Positions 52,688-64,000 of a stretch of DNA of 64,000 nucleotides are shown here, piece after piece (position 1 is the first letter of the stretch; each line of letters opens with the position of its first letter). The position numbers were made by a program, and so were the translations under genes. Source of the DNA: Octopus sinensis (taxonomy: Eukaryota); contig NC_043016.1 in the NCBI RefSeq assembly GCF_006345805.1, positions 30,566,001 to 30,630,000 of the forward strand, in the 5' to 3' direction. The notes under the pieces were generated by a model. That model worked only from the letters and a program-made list of their open reading frames with translations, searched no databases and had not been told where the DNA came from.

Positions 52688-52921
52688 GGCGGTGAGCTGG
52701 CAGAAACGTTAGCATGCCGGGTGAAGTGCTTTGCAGTATTTCGTCTGCCATTACGTTCTGAGTTCATATTCTGCCAAGGTCGACTTTGCCTTTCATCCTT
52801 TTGGGTTTCGATAAATTAAGTACCAGTTACACACTGGGGTCGATGTAATCGACTTAATCACTTTGCCTGTCCTTGTTTCTCCCCCTCTATGTTTAGCCCC
52901 TTGTGGGCAATAAAGAAATAA
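52688..52921 (+). mobile_element. SINE family D with TSD
   Basis: agaatgtgac occurs just before (52674-52683) and after (52921-52930) the copy. Confidence 0.85.
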
Positions 52922-53190
52922 GAATGTGACAAAGCTGCTCCTTCTGCATCACGGGTTGCAACTTATTTTTGCCGGCTGAGTGGACTGGAGCAACGTGAAA
53001 TAAAGTGTCTTGCTCAAGGACACAGCACACTGCCGGGAACTGAAGTTCTGACCTTATGACCACGAACCAAATACCCTAACCACTAAGCTATGCACCTACC
53101 CCACTTGCAAAATAGAAAACTAATAAAATTTGCAAACATAAATTTCACTGTAGTTAAATTTAATTGAAGAAAATAAAAAAATATAAACAC

Positions 53191-53296
53191 CTCTTTGGTT
53201 ATTAACATCATCAACGGATGGAAACCAGAATCGAAAGCACTCGGGCATTGTTTGCACAGCTGTCTTGTTGAATTAAGAGCTTCACATTTTATTTTC
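53191..53296 (-). CDS. TOGARAM1: TOGARAM1 exon (TOG3 HEAT A): (W)KIKCEALNSTRQLCKQCPSAFDSGFHPLMMLITKE
   Basis: TTTCAG/GT boundaries, 106 nt; completes the TG|G Trp codon from the upstream exon. Confidence 0.88.
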
Positions 53297-53709
53297 CTGA
53301 AAAATAAAACAAGATTTCTTAGAGTTATGCATTCTTTGTCCAATAGAGTAAGAAAGAAGCAGTGTCTGTCTTCTTATGTATTTATGAATAACTCTCATTG
53401 CATAAAATATTGCCATGTATATATAAGCATCATCGTCGTCATCATCATCGTTTAACGTCCGCTTTCAATGCTAGCATGGGTTGGATGGTTTGACTAAGGG
53501 CTGGCAAGCCAGAAGGCTGTACCAGGCTCCAATCTGATCTGGCAAGGTTTCTTCAGCTGGATACCCTTCCTACGCCAACCACAGGAGCCAGTCAGGTGGC
53601 ACTGGCAATGACCACACTTGAATGGTGCTTTTTACATGTCACCACCATAGGTACCACTCAGGTGGAACTGGCATTGGCCATGACAATAACATCACTTGAC
53701 TCAACAGTT

Positions 53710-53766
<57 letters not shown>

Positions 53767-53990
53767 GGAAAGAGAGAGAGAGAAAGAGAGAGAGAGAGAT
53801 ACATACACACACATATATGTGCATATACATATATATATATATATTGATAAAAAAATGGTAAGACAACAAAAGAAAGAAAGAGACCTCGATATTATGTAAA
53901 AAGAGGAATTTATCTGTAAATGTAATATGTGACATCAGAAACTTGGAGTTTTATCATGGCTACTGAATAATTGTCACACATTACATTTAC

Positions 53991-54072
<82 letters not shown>

Positions 54073-54133
54073 CCACACACACATACATACACACACACAC
54101 ATATATATATATATACATACGTATGCATATATG

Positions 54134-54165
<32 letters not shown>

Positions 54166-54471
54166 TATAAACATATATATATACATGCACCACACACATA
54201 CATACATACATACATATATATATATATACATATACACTCACACACACACAAACACACATGCCAAGTGAAATCATAGTCGTGACCGATGGCAGTGGTTATG
54301 TAACTGGTACTCAGCACATGAAAGGCACCCACTACACTCTTGGCACCCAGCTGTAGAAGCCATGCCAAATCAGCTCGAAACCTGGTGCAGCTCCCCAGCT
54401 TACCAGTTTTCAGCCAGACTGTCCAACCCATGCCAGCATGGAAAACAGATGTTAAATGATGATGATACATA

Positions 54472-54875
54472 TACTCTTTACTCTTTTACTCTTTTACTTG
54501 TTTCAGTCATTTGACTGCGGCCATGCTGGAGCACCACCTTTAATCGAGCAACTCGACCCTAGGACGTATTCTTTTGTAAGTCCAGTACTTATTCTATCGG
54601 TCTCTTTTGCCGAACCGTTAAGTAACATAAACACACCAGCATCGTGTATATATAGGGGGACAAACACAGACACACAAACACACACACGCATATATATACA
54701 TATACACATATACGACGGGCTTCTTTCAGTTTCCGTCTACCAAATCCACTCACAAGGCTTTGGTCGGCCCGAGGCTATAGTAGAAGACACTTGCCCAAGG
54801 TGCCATGCGGTGGGACTGAACCTGGAACCATGTGGTTGGTAAACAAGCTACTTACCACACAGCCACTCCTGCGCC
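54472..54875 (-). mobile_element. SINE family A copy
   Basis: Reverse complement of 22687-23090. Confidence 0.9.
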
Positions 54876-55355
54876 TATAAATATATAATTCAAATAAGAA
54901 GACAAAGCAAGAATTTAGTACATCTTTAATGACCAGTTACAATTGTTTCTCTGTTTTTTTAATGTCATTGCATTAAAATTTTTAATGTCCTTCCAGGAAA
55001 AAGATTATGTAATATTTATGGATTTAAATTCTGGCATGGTACTTCATGAAACTAGCATCAGAGGTACACTTTTACATTGTGCACAATGTAAGAGCACACG
55101 TTCCTAACACCAACCACTTTACAGAGAGTACTGGATGCTCTTTATGTTGCACCAGCGCTGGCAGTGTTATCAAGTATCTTGCAAGGGAAGACCCCTGCTC
55201 TCAATGGATGAGGGGAGGAGCAGTATTGGGGAAGGTGGATTTGTGCCAGGTGATGATAAGTTAGAACATGAGAAGAGGGACAAAAATAGGTGTCTTATAT
55301 TAAAGGAGATACATGGGTACCGCAGTAAGAGAATGAGAAGGGGGAGAGAGGAGAG

Positions 55356-55401
<46 letters not shown>

Positions 55402-55517
55402 GGTGAAGATGTGATGGTGGTGGTGGTGTTGGTGGTGGATGTAGGCTCATGTTACAAGAAGATAGGAAACCCTATAAAGGGAGGGTCACCGATGCTACCC
55501 TTCCTCCACTAATGAAG

Positions 55518-55965
55518 CATCATCATCATCATCATCATCATCATTTAACGTCTGCTTTCCATGCTAGCATGGGTTGGACGGTTCAACTGGGGTCTGGGGA
55601 GCCCGAAAGCTGCACCAGTCCAGTCAATCTGGCAGTGTTTCTACAGCTGGATGCCCTTCCTAACGCCAACCACTCCGAGAGTGTAGTGGGTGATTTTATG
55701 TGCCACTGACACAGGTGCCAGACGAGGCTGGCAAACGGCCACGCTCGGATGGTGTTTTTTATGTGCCACCGACACAGGTGCCAGACGAGGCTGGCAGACG
55801 GCCACGCTCAGATGGTGTTTTTTATGTGCCACCGACACAGGTGCCAGACGAGGCCGGCCCGCTCGGATGGTGTTTTTTATGTGCCACCGACACAGGTGCC
55901 AGACGAGGCTGGCAGACGGCCACGATCGGATGGTGCTTGTTACGTGCCCACAGCACGGAGGCCAA
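55518..55965 (-). mobile_element. SINE family B with an internal 54-bp tandem (about 4-5 units, 55695-55950)
   Basis: (cat)n tail, Meta-like domain, repeated ttttatgtgccaccgacacaggtgccagacgaggctggcagacggccacgctcggatggtg. Confidence 0.88.
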
Positions 55966-56889
55966 GAATAAAATACATGTCTTTGTCCCTATAAAAGAAT
56001 TAGGATTAGCAGAGGAGAACAGAGTAAACTAATCTGCTTTTAATCTATTAATAATTATTAATCCATTTTAAAAGAACAGAGTACATCATCATTCATCATA
56101 ATCATGATCCTCCTCGTCGTCGTCGTCGTCATCGTCGTCGTCGTCATCACCATCACCATCACCATCACCACCACCACCACCACCACTGCTACCGCTGCCA
56201 CTGCCGCTGCTGTCGCCGCCGCCACCACTACCACCACCATCACCACCACCACCACCACCATCATCATCGTTGTCGTTTTAATATCGTTTTAATTTCCTTG
56301 TATGCAATGAGTCAGACAAAGTTTATTGAGGTGGATCTTCAATGGTTGGATGCCATTCCTGTCACTTACTGTCACTTGTTTTCATGCAAGGTAATATTTC
56401 CTTATGGAAATATGCTTTTGCAGAATATCAGAAATGAACGAATATCCATTTACAACAATCACATGATGTCAAGACAAGGAGACACAAATATACCCGTACA
56501 CACATATGTATGTACATACATACATACATAGGCATACGTACATACACATACGATGGGCTTCTGTCAGTAGTTTCCATGTGCCAAGTCCACTCTTGAGGCT
56601 TTGGTCAACATGAGACTATAATAGAAGACACCTGTCCAATGTGTCAAGCAGTGTGACAACTATGTTGGCGGGTGGAAGGCAAACTTAATTGCACGTTCAC
56701 ATCTCAACCTAAGAAAAATAAACAAGAATAAATAGGGAGTGGAGAAAATAAAGTTTTCTCTGATTTCATTTCCTTTACTTTCATTGATATTAAATTTTTT
56801 GCACATCATCCACATCATCATCATCATCATCATCAACATTTGGCATTTGTTTTCCATGCTGGCATGGGTTGCATTTTTTGACTGGAATT

Positions 56890-59382
56890 GGCAAGCTGGA
56901 GAGCTGCACCAGGTTCCAATCTGATTTGGCTTGGTTTCTACAGCTGGATGCCCTTCCTAGTGCCAACCACTTTATAGTGTGTACTGAGTGCTAGAGCAGG
57001 CAAGCTGGAGAGCTGCACCAGGTTCCAGTCTGATTTGGCTTGGTTTCTACAGCTGGATGCCCTTCCTAGTGCCAACCACTTTATAGTGTGTGCTGAGTGC
57101 TAGAGCTGGCAAGGTTGAGAGCTGCACCAGGTTCCAATCTGATTTGGCTTGGTTTCTACAGCTGGATGCCCTTCCTAATGTCAACCACTTTATAGTGTGT
57201 GCTGAGTGCTAGAGCAGGCAAGCTGGAGAGCTGCACCAGGTTCCAGTCTTATTTGGCTTGGTTTCTACAGCTGGATGCCCTTCCTAGTGCCAACCACTTT
57301 ATAGTGTGTGCTGAGTGCCAGAGCTGGCAAGGTTGAGAGCTGCACCAGGTTCCAATCTGATTTGGTTTGGTTTCTACAGCTGGATGCCCTTCCTAGTGCC
57401 AACCACTTTATAGTGTGTGCTGAGTGCCAGAGCTGGCAAGGTTGAGAGCTGCACCAGGTTCCAATCTGATTTGGCTTGGTTTCTACAGCTGGATGCCCTT
57501 CCTAGTGCCAACCACTTTATAGTGTGTACTGAGTGCTAGAGCAGGCAAGCTGGAGAGCTGCACCAGGTTCCAGTCTTATTTGGCTTGGTTTCTACAGCTG
57601 GATGCCCTTCCTAGTGCCAACCACTTTATAGTGTGTGCTGAGTGCCAGAGCTGGCAAGGTTGAGAGCTGCACCAGGTTCCAATCTGATTTGGTTTGGTTT
57701 CTACAGCTGGATGCCCTTCCTAGTGCCAACCACTTTATAGTGTGTACTGAGTGCTAGAGGTGGCAAGCTGGAGAGCTGCACCAGGTTCCAGTCTGATTTG
57801 GTTTGGTTTTCTACACAGCTGGATGCCCTTCCTAGTGCCAACCACTTTATAGTGTGCTGAGTGCTAGAGCTGGCAAGGTTGAGAGCTGCACCAGGTTCCA
57901 ATCTGATTTGGTTTGGTTTCTACAGCTGGATGCCCTTCCTAGTGCCAACCACTTTATAGTGTGTGCTGAGTGCTAGAGCTGGCAAGGTTGAGAGCTGCAC
58001 CAGGTTCCAATCTGATTTGGCTTGGTTTCTACAGCTGGATGCCCTTCCTAGTGCCAACTACTTTATAGTGTGTACTGAGTGCTAGAGGTGGCAAGCTGGA
58101 GAGCTGCACCAGGTTCCAGTCTGATTTGGTTTGGTTTCTACAGCTGGATGCCCTTCCTAGTGCCAACCACTTTATAGTGTGTACTGAGTGCTAGAGGTGG
58201 CAAGCTGGAGAGCTGCACCAGGTTCCAATCTGATTTGGCTTGGTTTCTACGGCTGGATGCCCTTCCTAGTGCCAACTACTTTATAGTGTGTACTGAGTGC
58301 TAGAGGTGGCAAGCTGGAGAGCTGCACCAGGTTCCAATCTGATTTGGCTTGGTTTCTACAGCTGGATGCCCTTCCTAGTGCCAACTACTTTATAGTGTGT
58401 ACTGAGTGCTAGAGGTGGCAAGCTGGAGAGCTGCACCAGGTTCCAATCTGATTTGGCTTGGTTTCTACAGCTGGATGCCCTTCCTAGTGCCAACTACTTT
58501 ATAGTGTGTACTGAGTGCTAGAGGTGGCAAGCTGGAGAGCTGCACCAGGTTCCAATCTGATTTGGCTTGGTTTCTACAGCTGGATGCCCTTCCTAGTGCC
58601 AACTACTTTATAGTGTGTACTGAGTGCTAGAGGTGGCAAGCTGGAGAGCTGCACCAGGTTCCAGTCTGATTTGGTTTGGTTTCTACAGCTGGATGCCCTT
58701 CCTAATGCCAACCACTTTATAGTGTGTGCTGAGTGCTAGAGCTGGCAAGCTGGAGAGCTGCACCAGGTTCCAATCTGATTTGGCTTGGTTTCTACGGCTG
58801 GATGCCCTTCCTAATGCCAACCACTTTATAGTGTGTACTGAGTGCTAGAGGTGGCAAGCTGGAGAGCTGCACCAGGTTCCAGTCTCATTTGGCTTGGTTT
58901 CTACAGCTGGATGCCCTTCCTAGTGCCAACCACTTTATAGTGTGTGCTGAGTGCTAGAGCTGGCAAGGTTGAGAGCTGCACAAGGTTCCAGTCTGATTTG
59001 GTTTGGTTTCTGCAGCTGGATGCCCTTCCTAGTGCCAACCACTTTATAGTGTGTGCTGAGTGCTAGAGGTGGCAAGCTGGAGAGCTGCACCAGGTTCCAG
59101 TCTGATTTGGCTTGGTTTCTACAGCTGGATGCCCTTCCTAATGCCAACCACTTTATAGTGTGTGCTGAGTGCTAGAGGTGGCATGATGGAGAGCTGCACC
59201 AGGTTCCAATCTGATTTGGCTTGGTTTCTACAGCTGGATGCCCTTCCTAGTGCCAACCACTTTATAGTGTGTGCTGAGTGCTAGAGGTGGCAAGCTGGAG
59301 AGCTGCACCAGGTTCCAGTCTGATTTGGCTTGGTTTCTACAGCTGGATGCCCTTCCTAGTGCCAACCACTTTACAGTGTGTG
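56890..59382 (-). repeat. Tandem array of the same 109-bp unit (~23 copies), inverted relative to 6975-8279, inside a family-B SINE (~56812-59480)
   Basis: Unit is the reverse complement of the 7-kb array unit; (cat)n tail at 56812-56835. Confidence 0.97.
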
Positions 59383-59509
59383 CCGGGTGTTTTTAATGTA
59401 ACATCACATGGCACTGGCACAAGTGTTTTTTACTTGGCACCGGCCGTGGATTCTTGCAGGCCAATCCTCTTTACCAGGGAGAGCTGCCTTAACACTGCTG
59501 TCGAAACAT

Positions 59510-59540
<31 letters not shown>

Positions 59541-59633
59541 GAAGGAAGAATGAAGGAAGGAAGGAAAGAAGGAAGGAAGGAAGGAAGACAGAAAGAGAGA
59601 AAGGGAGGAAGGAAGGAAAGAAAGGAAGGAAGC

Positions 59634-59708
<75 letters not shown>
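59510..59708. repeat. (GAAA)n/(GGAA)n microsatellite next to a TOGARAM1 donor site
   Basis: Read directly from the sequence. Confidence 0.97.
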
Positions 59709-59721
59709 CATTTAATATTAC

Positions 59722-59853
59722 CAGTCTTCTTGATTTAACTTTTGTTGCAGTTCATCAATTCCAGCTGGTGGTAGTGAGACAGAGTTTTCTGGGGGTTGAG
59801 TGAGATCTGAAGAATTCCTGAGAGCTTGATTGTTTTCATTGTCTAAAATGTGC
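59722..59853 (-). CDS. TOGARAM1: TOGARAM1 exon: (T)HILDNENNQALRNSSDLTQPPENSVSLPPAGIDELQQKLNQED(W)
   Basis: TTTGCAG/GTAAT boundaries, 132 nt, phase 2-2; forms EDW with the next exon. Confidence 0.85.
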
Positions 59854-59951
59854 CTGCAAACATAAAACCCCAATTGCATTTATTTCAGCATTTATCTACT
59901 ATATCAGTATTTCGGTATTTGGTAAACATAATGACCTGTTAGAGTTACCAT

Positions 59952-60171
59952 TTTACTCTTTTTACTCTTTTACTTGTTTCAGTCATTTTGACTGCGGCCA
60001 TGCTGGAGCACCGCCTTTAGTCGAGCAATTCGACCCCGGGACTTATTCTTTTTTTGTAAGCCCAGTACTTATTCTATCGGTCTCTTTTTGCCGAACCACT
60101 AAGTAACGGGGACGTAAACACACCAGCATCGGTTGTCAAGCAATGCTAGGGGGACAAACACAGACACACAA

Positions 60172-60205
<34 letters not shown>

Positions 60206-60379
60206 GTACATATATACGACGGGCTTCTTTCAGTTTCCATCTACCAAATCCACTCACAAGGCTTTGGTCGGCCCGAGGCTATAGTAGAAGACACTTGCCC
60301 AAGATGCCACGCAGTGGGACTGAACCCGGAACCATGTGGTTGGTAAGCAAGCTACTTACCACACAGCCACTCCTGCGCC
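59952..60379 (-). mobile_element. SINE family A, young full-length copy
   Basis: Reverse complement of 22687-23090. Confidence 0.9.
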
Positions 60380-61014
60380 TACTTTTATATGCAAGTTTAC
60401 TACTTTTATACGCAAGTGCCAACTGTTTGTTATTTAACTAACCACAACTATCTTTCATTAAGTTATGAACTGTAAGTCTGACATAAAAAAAAAAAAAATT
60501 TTGTCTTTGGATAGCCTATTTTTTTTTTTTTGCCTTTTCCTATATTGCTTCATTTTACTAAACTACTTGGATAGCTAGCAGATTATCTAGAAATGCTACA
60601 TGTAAAATATTCTAGCTTCCCTTTCAGACGAAGTGAACATCTTATTTGGTTCACACCACGAGATTGAACCTGCGCACCAGCTAACACAAGCTTCTAAGAG
60701 ATTAGGAGACCTTTCACAGTTTATAACCAATTGAAATATATACTGAAATCTGACAGTGTTATTCTGTCTTTAACTCATATATGCTCCTGATTGCATTTTC
60801 ACAACACAAAACCTGTCCCCCTACTTGCTTGGACATAAACTCGCTAGGAAGCATCTGACTGAGCATACGAAATGTTCATTAGGTAGTGGACACCTGTAGC
60901 CAACAGTTTTGCACACTGTCCTTCTTTTCCATATTGTGAAAGCTTACTATAACGTTTAATCTAATAACGGTGAAGTTTTTTTATGGGCATATATGGGTTA
61001 AATAGGTCTTTTAA

Positions 61015-61234
61015 CCCTTTCGTTACTGTATTTATTTTGAGATGCTCTGTGTTTCTTTCAATTACTTTAAATATAACAAAGAATTTAGTAAAATAACTTA
61101 GTTATCATTCAGCTGGTGTTAGGAACATAAATTGTGACTAAGGTTTGGTGGAAGATGTTAATTCAAAACTTATGGAAACAAGACATTTTTACTCAGAGCC
61201 AGAGCCGGTTTCAGCTGGGTTGGTAACGAAAGGG
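61015..61234. mobile_element. piggyBac-type MITE (TTAA TSD), copy 2
   Basis: ttaa|ccctttcgttac...gtaacgaaaggg|ttaa, perfect 12-bp TIR. Confidence 0.92.
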
Positions 61235-61337
61235 TTAAGGCTTTTTTTTTAACATTGGAATACACTGCATTTGTTTCAATTAATTTTGAAAATAGAGAAG
61301 AATTGATGAAAATAACATTGCAATTGTTAAACTTATA

Positions 61338-61742
61338 GGCACAAGAGTGACTGTGTGGTAAGGAGCTTGCTTCCCAACCATATGGTTCCGGGTTCAGTCT
61401 CACTCAAGTGGCACCATGGCCAAGTGTCTTCTACTATAGCTTCAGGCCGACCAAAGCCTTGTGAGTGGATTTGGTAGATGGAAACTGAAAGAAGCCTGTC
61501 GTATGTGTGTGTGTGTGTGTGTGTGTGTGTATTTCTGGGTCTGTGTCTGTCCCCCCACCATCACTTGACAACCATTGTTGGTGTGTTTTGGTTCCTGTGA
61601 CTTAGCGGTTCGGCAAAAGAGACTGATAGAATAAGTACTAGGCTTACAAAGAATAAGTCCAGGGGGGCTTATTTGCTCGACTGAAGGTGGTGCTCCAGCA
61701 TGGTTGCAGTCAAAATGACTGAAACAAGTTAAAAAGTAAAAG
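61338..61742 (+). mobile_element. SINE family A copy
   Basis: Same head, CORE-like box and tail as 22687-23090. Confidence 0.88.
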
Positions 61743-61938
61743 CGTACAAGAATGTAGTGTTTGGAAGATAAGTTAACGTGAAATTTTCACAAGGTTTTAG
61801 ATCACTTTAAAAAACAAAGTTTTTATCAAAGAGCTATGTATGGCCTCAGGTGGGTGTGCTGCAAAGAGGGTTTGTAAATCTTTTTTTTCGTTTTGGCCAT
61901 AATAGCACAGTTTTCAAGCAGTACATTTAATTACTTAC

Positions 61939-62023
61939 GTCTTTGGTTTTATCTTCGGAGTTAAGCTTGGTGTTGGTTTACAAGTTTTCTCTAAATTAAG
62001 AGGATTTGAATTCACAGGAAGAA
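61939..62023 (-). CDS. TOGARAM1: Probable TOGARAM1 linker exon: LPVNSNPLNLEKTCKPTPSLTPKIKPK(T)
   Basis: TTCTAG/GTAAGT boundaries, 85 nt; only one open frame, and its phase-2 end fits exon 59853. Weak sequence conservation. Confidence 0.65.
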
Positions 62024-62149
62024 CTAGAAATGATTGAATAATAAACGGATAAACAAATAAATGACTGAATATGATATATCTCTAGTGAATAGACTTATTT
62101 GTATTAAAAAATTTTAAAGAGAAACCTTTAAGTGATTTTAGACTGAATG

Positions 62150-63060
62150 TCTGTGTGTGTGTGTGTGTGTATAAGTGCATGTGTGTATGCATGCGTGTGT
62201 CCATGTGTGTGTGTATGTATGTGTGTAAGTGCATGTGTGTATGCATGCGTGTGTCCATGTGTGTGTGTATGTGTGTGTGTAAGTGCATATGTGTATGCAT
62301 GCGTGTGTCCATGTGTGTGTGTATGTGTGTATGTGTGTGTATAAGTGCATGTGTGTATGCATGCGTGTGTCCATGTGTGTGTGTATGTGTGTGTATAAGT
62401 GCATGTGTGTATGCATGCGTGTGTCCATGTGTGTGTGTATGTGTGTGTATAAGTGCATGTGTGTATGCATGCGTGTGTCCATGTGTGTGTGTATGTATGT
62501 GTGTAAGTGCATGTGTGTATGCATGCGTGTGTCCATGTGTGTGTGTATGTGTGTGTGTAAGTGCATATGTGTATGCATGCGTGTGTCCATGTGTGTGTGT
62601 ATGTGTGTGTATAAGTGCATGTGTGTATGCATGCGTGTGTCCATGTGTGTGTGTATGTGTGTGTATAAGTGCATGTGTGTATGCATGCGTGTGTCCATGT
62701 GTGTGTGTATGTGTGTGTATAAGTGCATGTGTGTATGCATGCGTGTGTCCATGTGTGTGTGTATGTGTGTGTGTAAGTGCATATGTGTATGCATGCGTGT
62801 GTCCATGTGTGTGTGTATGTGTGTATGTGTGTGTATAAGTGCATGTGTGTATGCATGCGTGTGTCCATGTGTGTGTGTATGTGTGTGTATAAGTGCATGT
62901 GTGTATGCATGCGTGTGTCCATGTGTGTGTGTATGTGTGTGTATAAGTGCATGTGTGTATGCATGCGTGTGTCCATGTGTGTGTGTAAGTGCATGTGTGT
63001 ATGCATGCGTGTGTCCATGTGTGTGTGTATGTATGTATGTATGTATGTATGCATGCATGT
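62150..63060. repeat. 54-bp minisatellite built from a degenerate (TG)n tract (~16 units)
   Basis: Unit taagtgcatgtgtgtatgcatgcgtgtgtccatgtgtgtgtgtatgtgtgtgta. Confidence 0.95.
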
Positions 63061-63629
63061 GTGTATGCATGTGTATGTGCATGTTTGTAAGTGTGTGTGT
63101 AGTGTGCATATGCGTGAGTATTTTGTAAATGTAGCGATAAGTTTTCACTGTGTATATTGGCTATAGACAATAGCCTAATATTGGGGCATATAAATCCATG
63201 ACAGAAAAATGGGTAATTAGTACACATAAGAACAAGTGGTGCTGGTTCAATTCACACATCTGCTAATATCTATTTTTTTCTATCATGGCTCTATATGCCC
63301 TGGTATTAGGCTATTTCCTACAGTCAATAATTATACAGTGGAAACTTGTAATTACATTTACAAAGTTATCACTCCTTTTCATTTCTTACCTTATGCAAAA
63401 TATGTATGCGCGTGTGCATGTGTATGTGTGTGTGTGTGTGTGTATGTGTGTGTGTGTGCGCGTGTGAACGTGTGTATGTGTGTGTGTATGTATGTATGTA
63501 TGTATGTATGTATGTATGCATGTATGTATGTATGCATGTATGTATGTATGTATGCATGTATGTATGTATTTATGTATGTATGTATATATTTATGTATGTA
63601 TGTATGTGTATATATTTATGTATGTATAT

Positions 63630-64000
63630 ATCCAATTTCGCACATGTGCATTTTCTGTTTTTGATTTTTTTGACTACACAGTATAGTAGGGTCAGTTGGG
63701 CTCTATCCGTCAGAAAAATAGTACCACGAGGCAATTCACTCTGCCAGGAATTTGGAAACAACATGCTGCACTGCTTGGTATTCATGCCGGAAACTCCAAT
63801 ACAAACATTTCAGAATGTTTAGGTGTCAATCTGGGAACAGTGCTATCCAAGGACATACCGAGATTGATAAAAATCAAACTTCCAATCAACACGAAGGCCT
63901 ACATCAACTGCCTGGAGGAGGTAATGCTGCTCTGGATGAAGAGGGTGGTTGCTAGAAGACCCTATGTCTGGCAATAGGACTCTGTACCATACCACACAAG
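63630..64000 (+). mobile_element. Degenerate, internally deleted Tc1/mariner-superfamily transposase fragment
   Basis: HTH-like NTNISECLGVNLGTV joined to INTKAYINCLEEVMLLWMKRVVARRPYVWQ*DSVPYHT (QQDxAPxH region). Confidence 0.78.

Noticed and set aside
54880-54960. GAAAC-AAUU-GUA half hammerhead on the minus strand
   Set aside because: No recognisable CUGANGA box or stem II upstream.
62082-63227. Long His/Thr-rich and Cys/Val-rich ORFs (up to 381 aa)
   Set aside because: Translations of the 54-bp minisatellite, open in several frames on both strands.

Overview
AT-rich, microsatellite- and SINE-dense animal DNA. The repeat families look like those of Octopus (coleoid cephalopod); this is an inference from recall, not a database match. 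The main gene is on the minus strand: 12 GT-AG exons (62023 down to 25344) that join in consistent phase into about 562 aa covering the TOG3 and TOG4 half of TOGARAM1 (crescerin/FAM179B). Its 5' part lies beyond the window. Two probable terminal exons of an unidentified plus-strand gene (230-310, 4518-4582) converge on it. The rest is mobile DNA: (TAA)n-associated R4/Dong-type RLE retrotransposons (one with an open ~530-codon RT-RLE frame), RTE fragments, four SINE families, mariner/Tc1, Tigger-, hAT- and piggyBac-type MITEs, a Helitron, a Helentron-type element and Penelope-like remnants with minimal hammerhead ribozymes. The most unusual items are (i) two near-identical 109-bp tandem arrays, inverted and about 49 kb apart, each inside a different and clearly diverged SINE copy, and (ii) a TSD-flanked 1.46-kb retroelement encoding only a zinc-knuckle ORF1-like protein. 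All coordinates and counts were read by hand; no searches were run.
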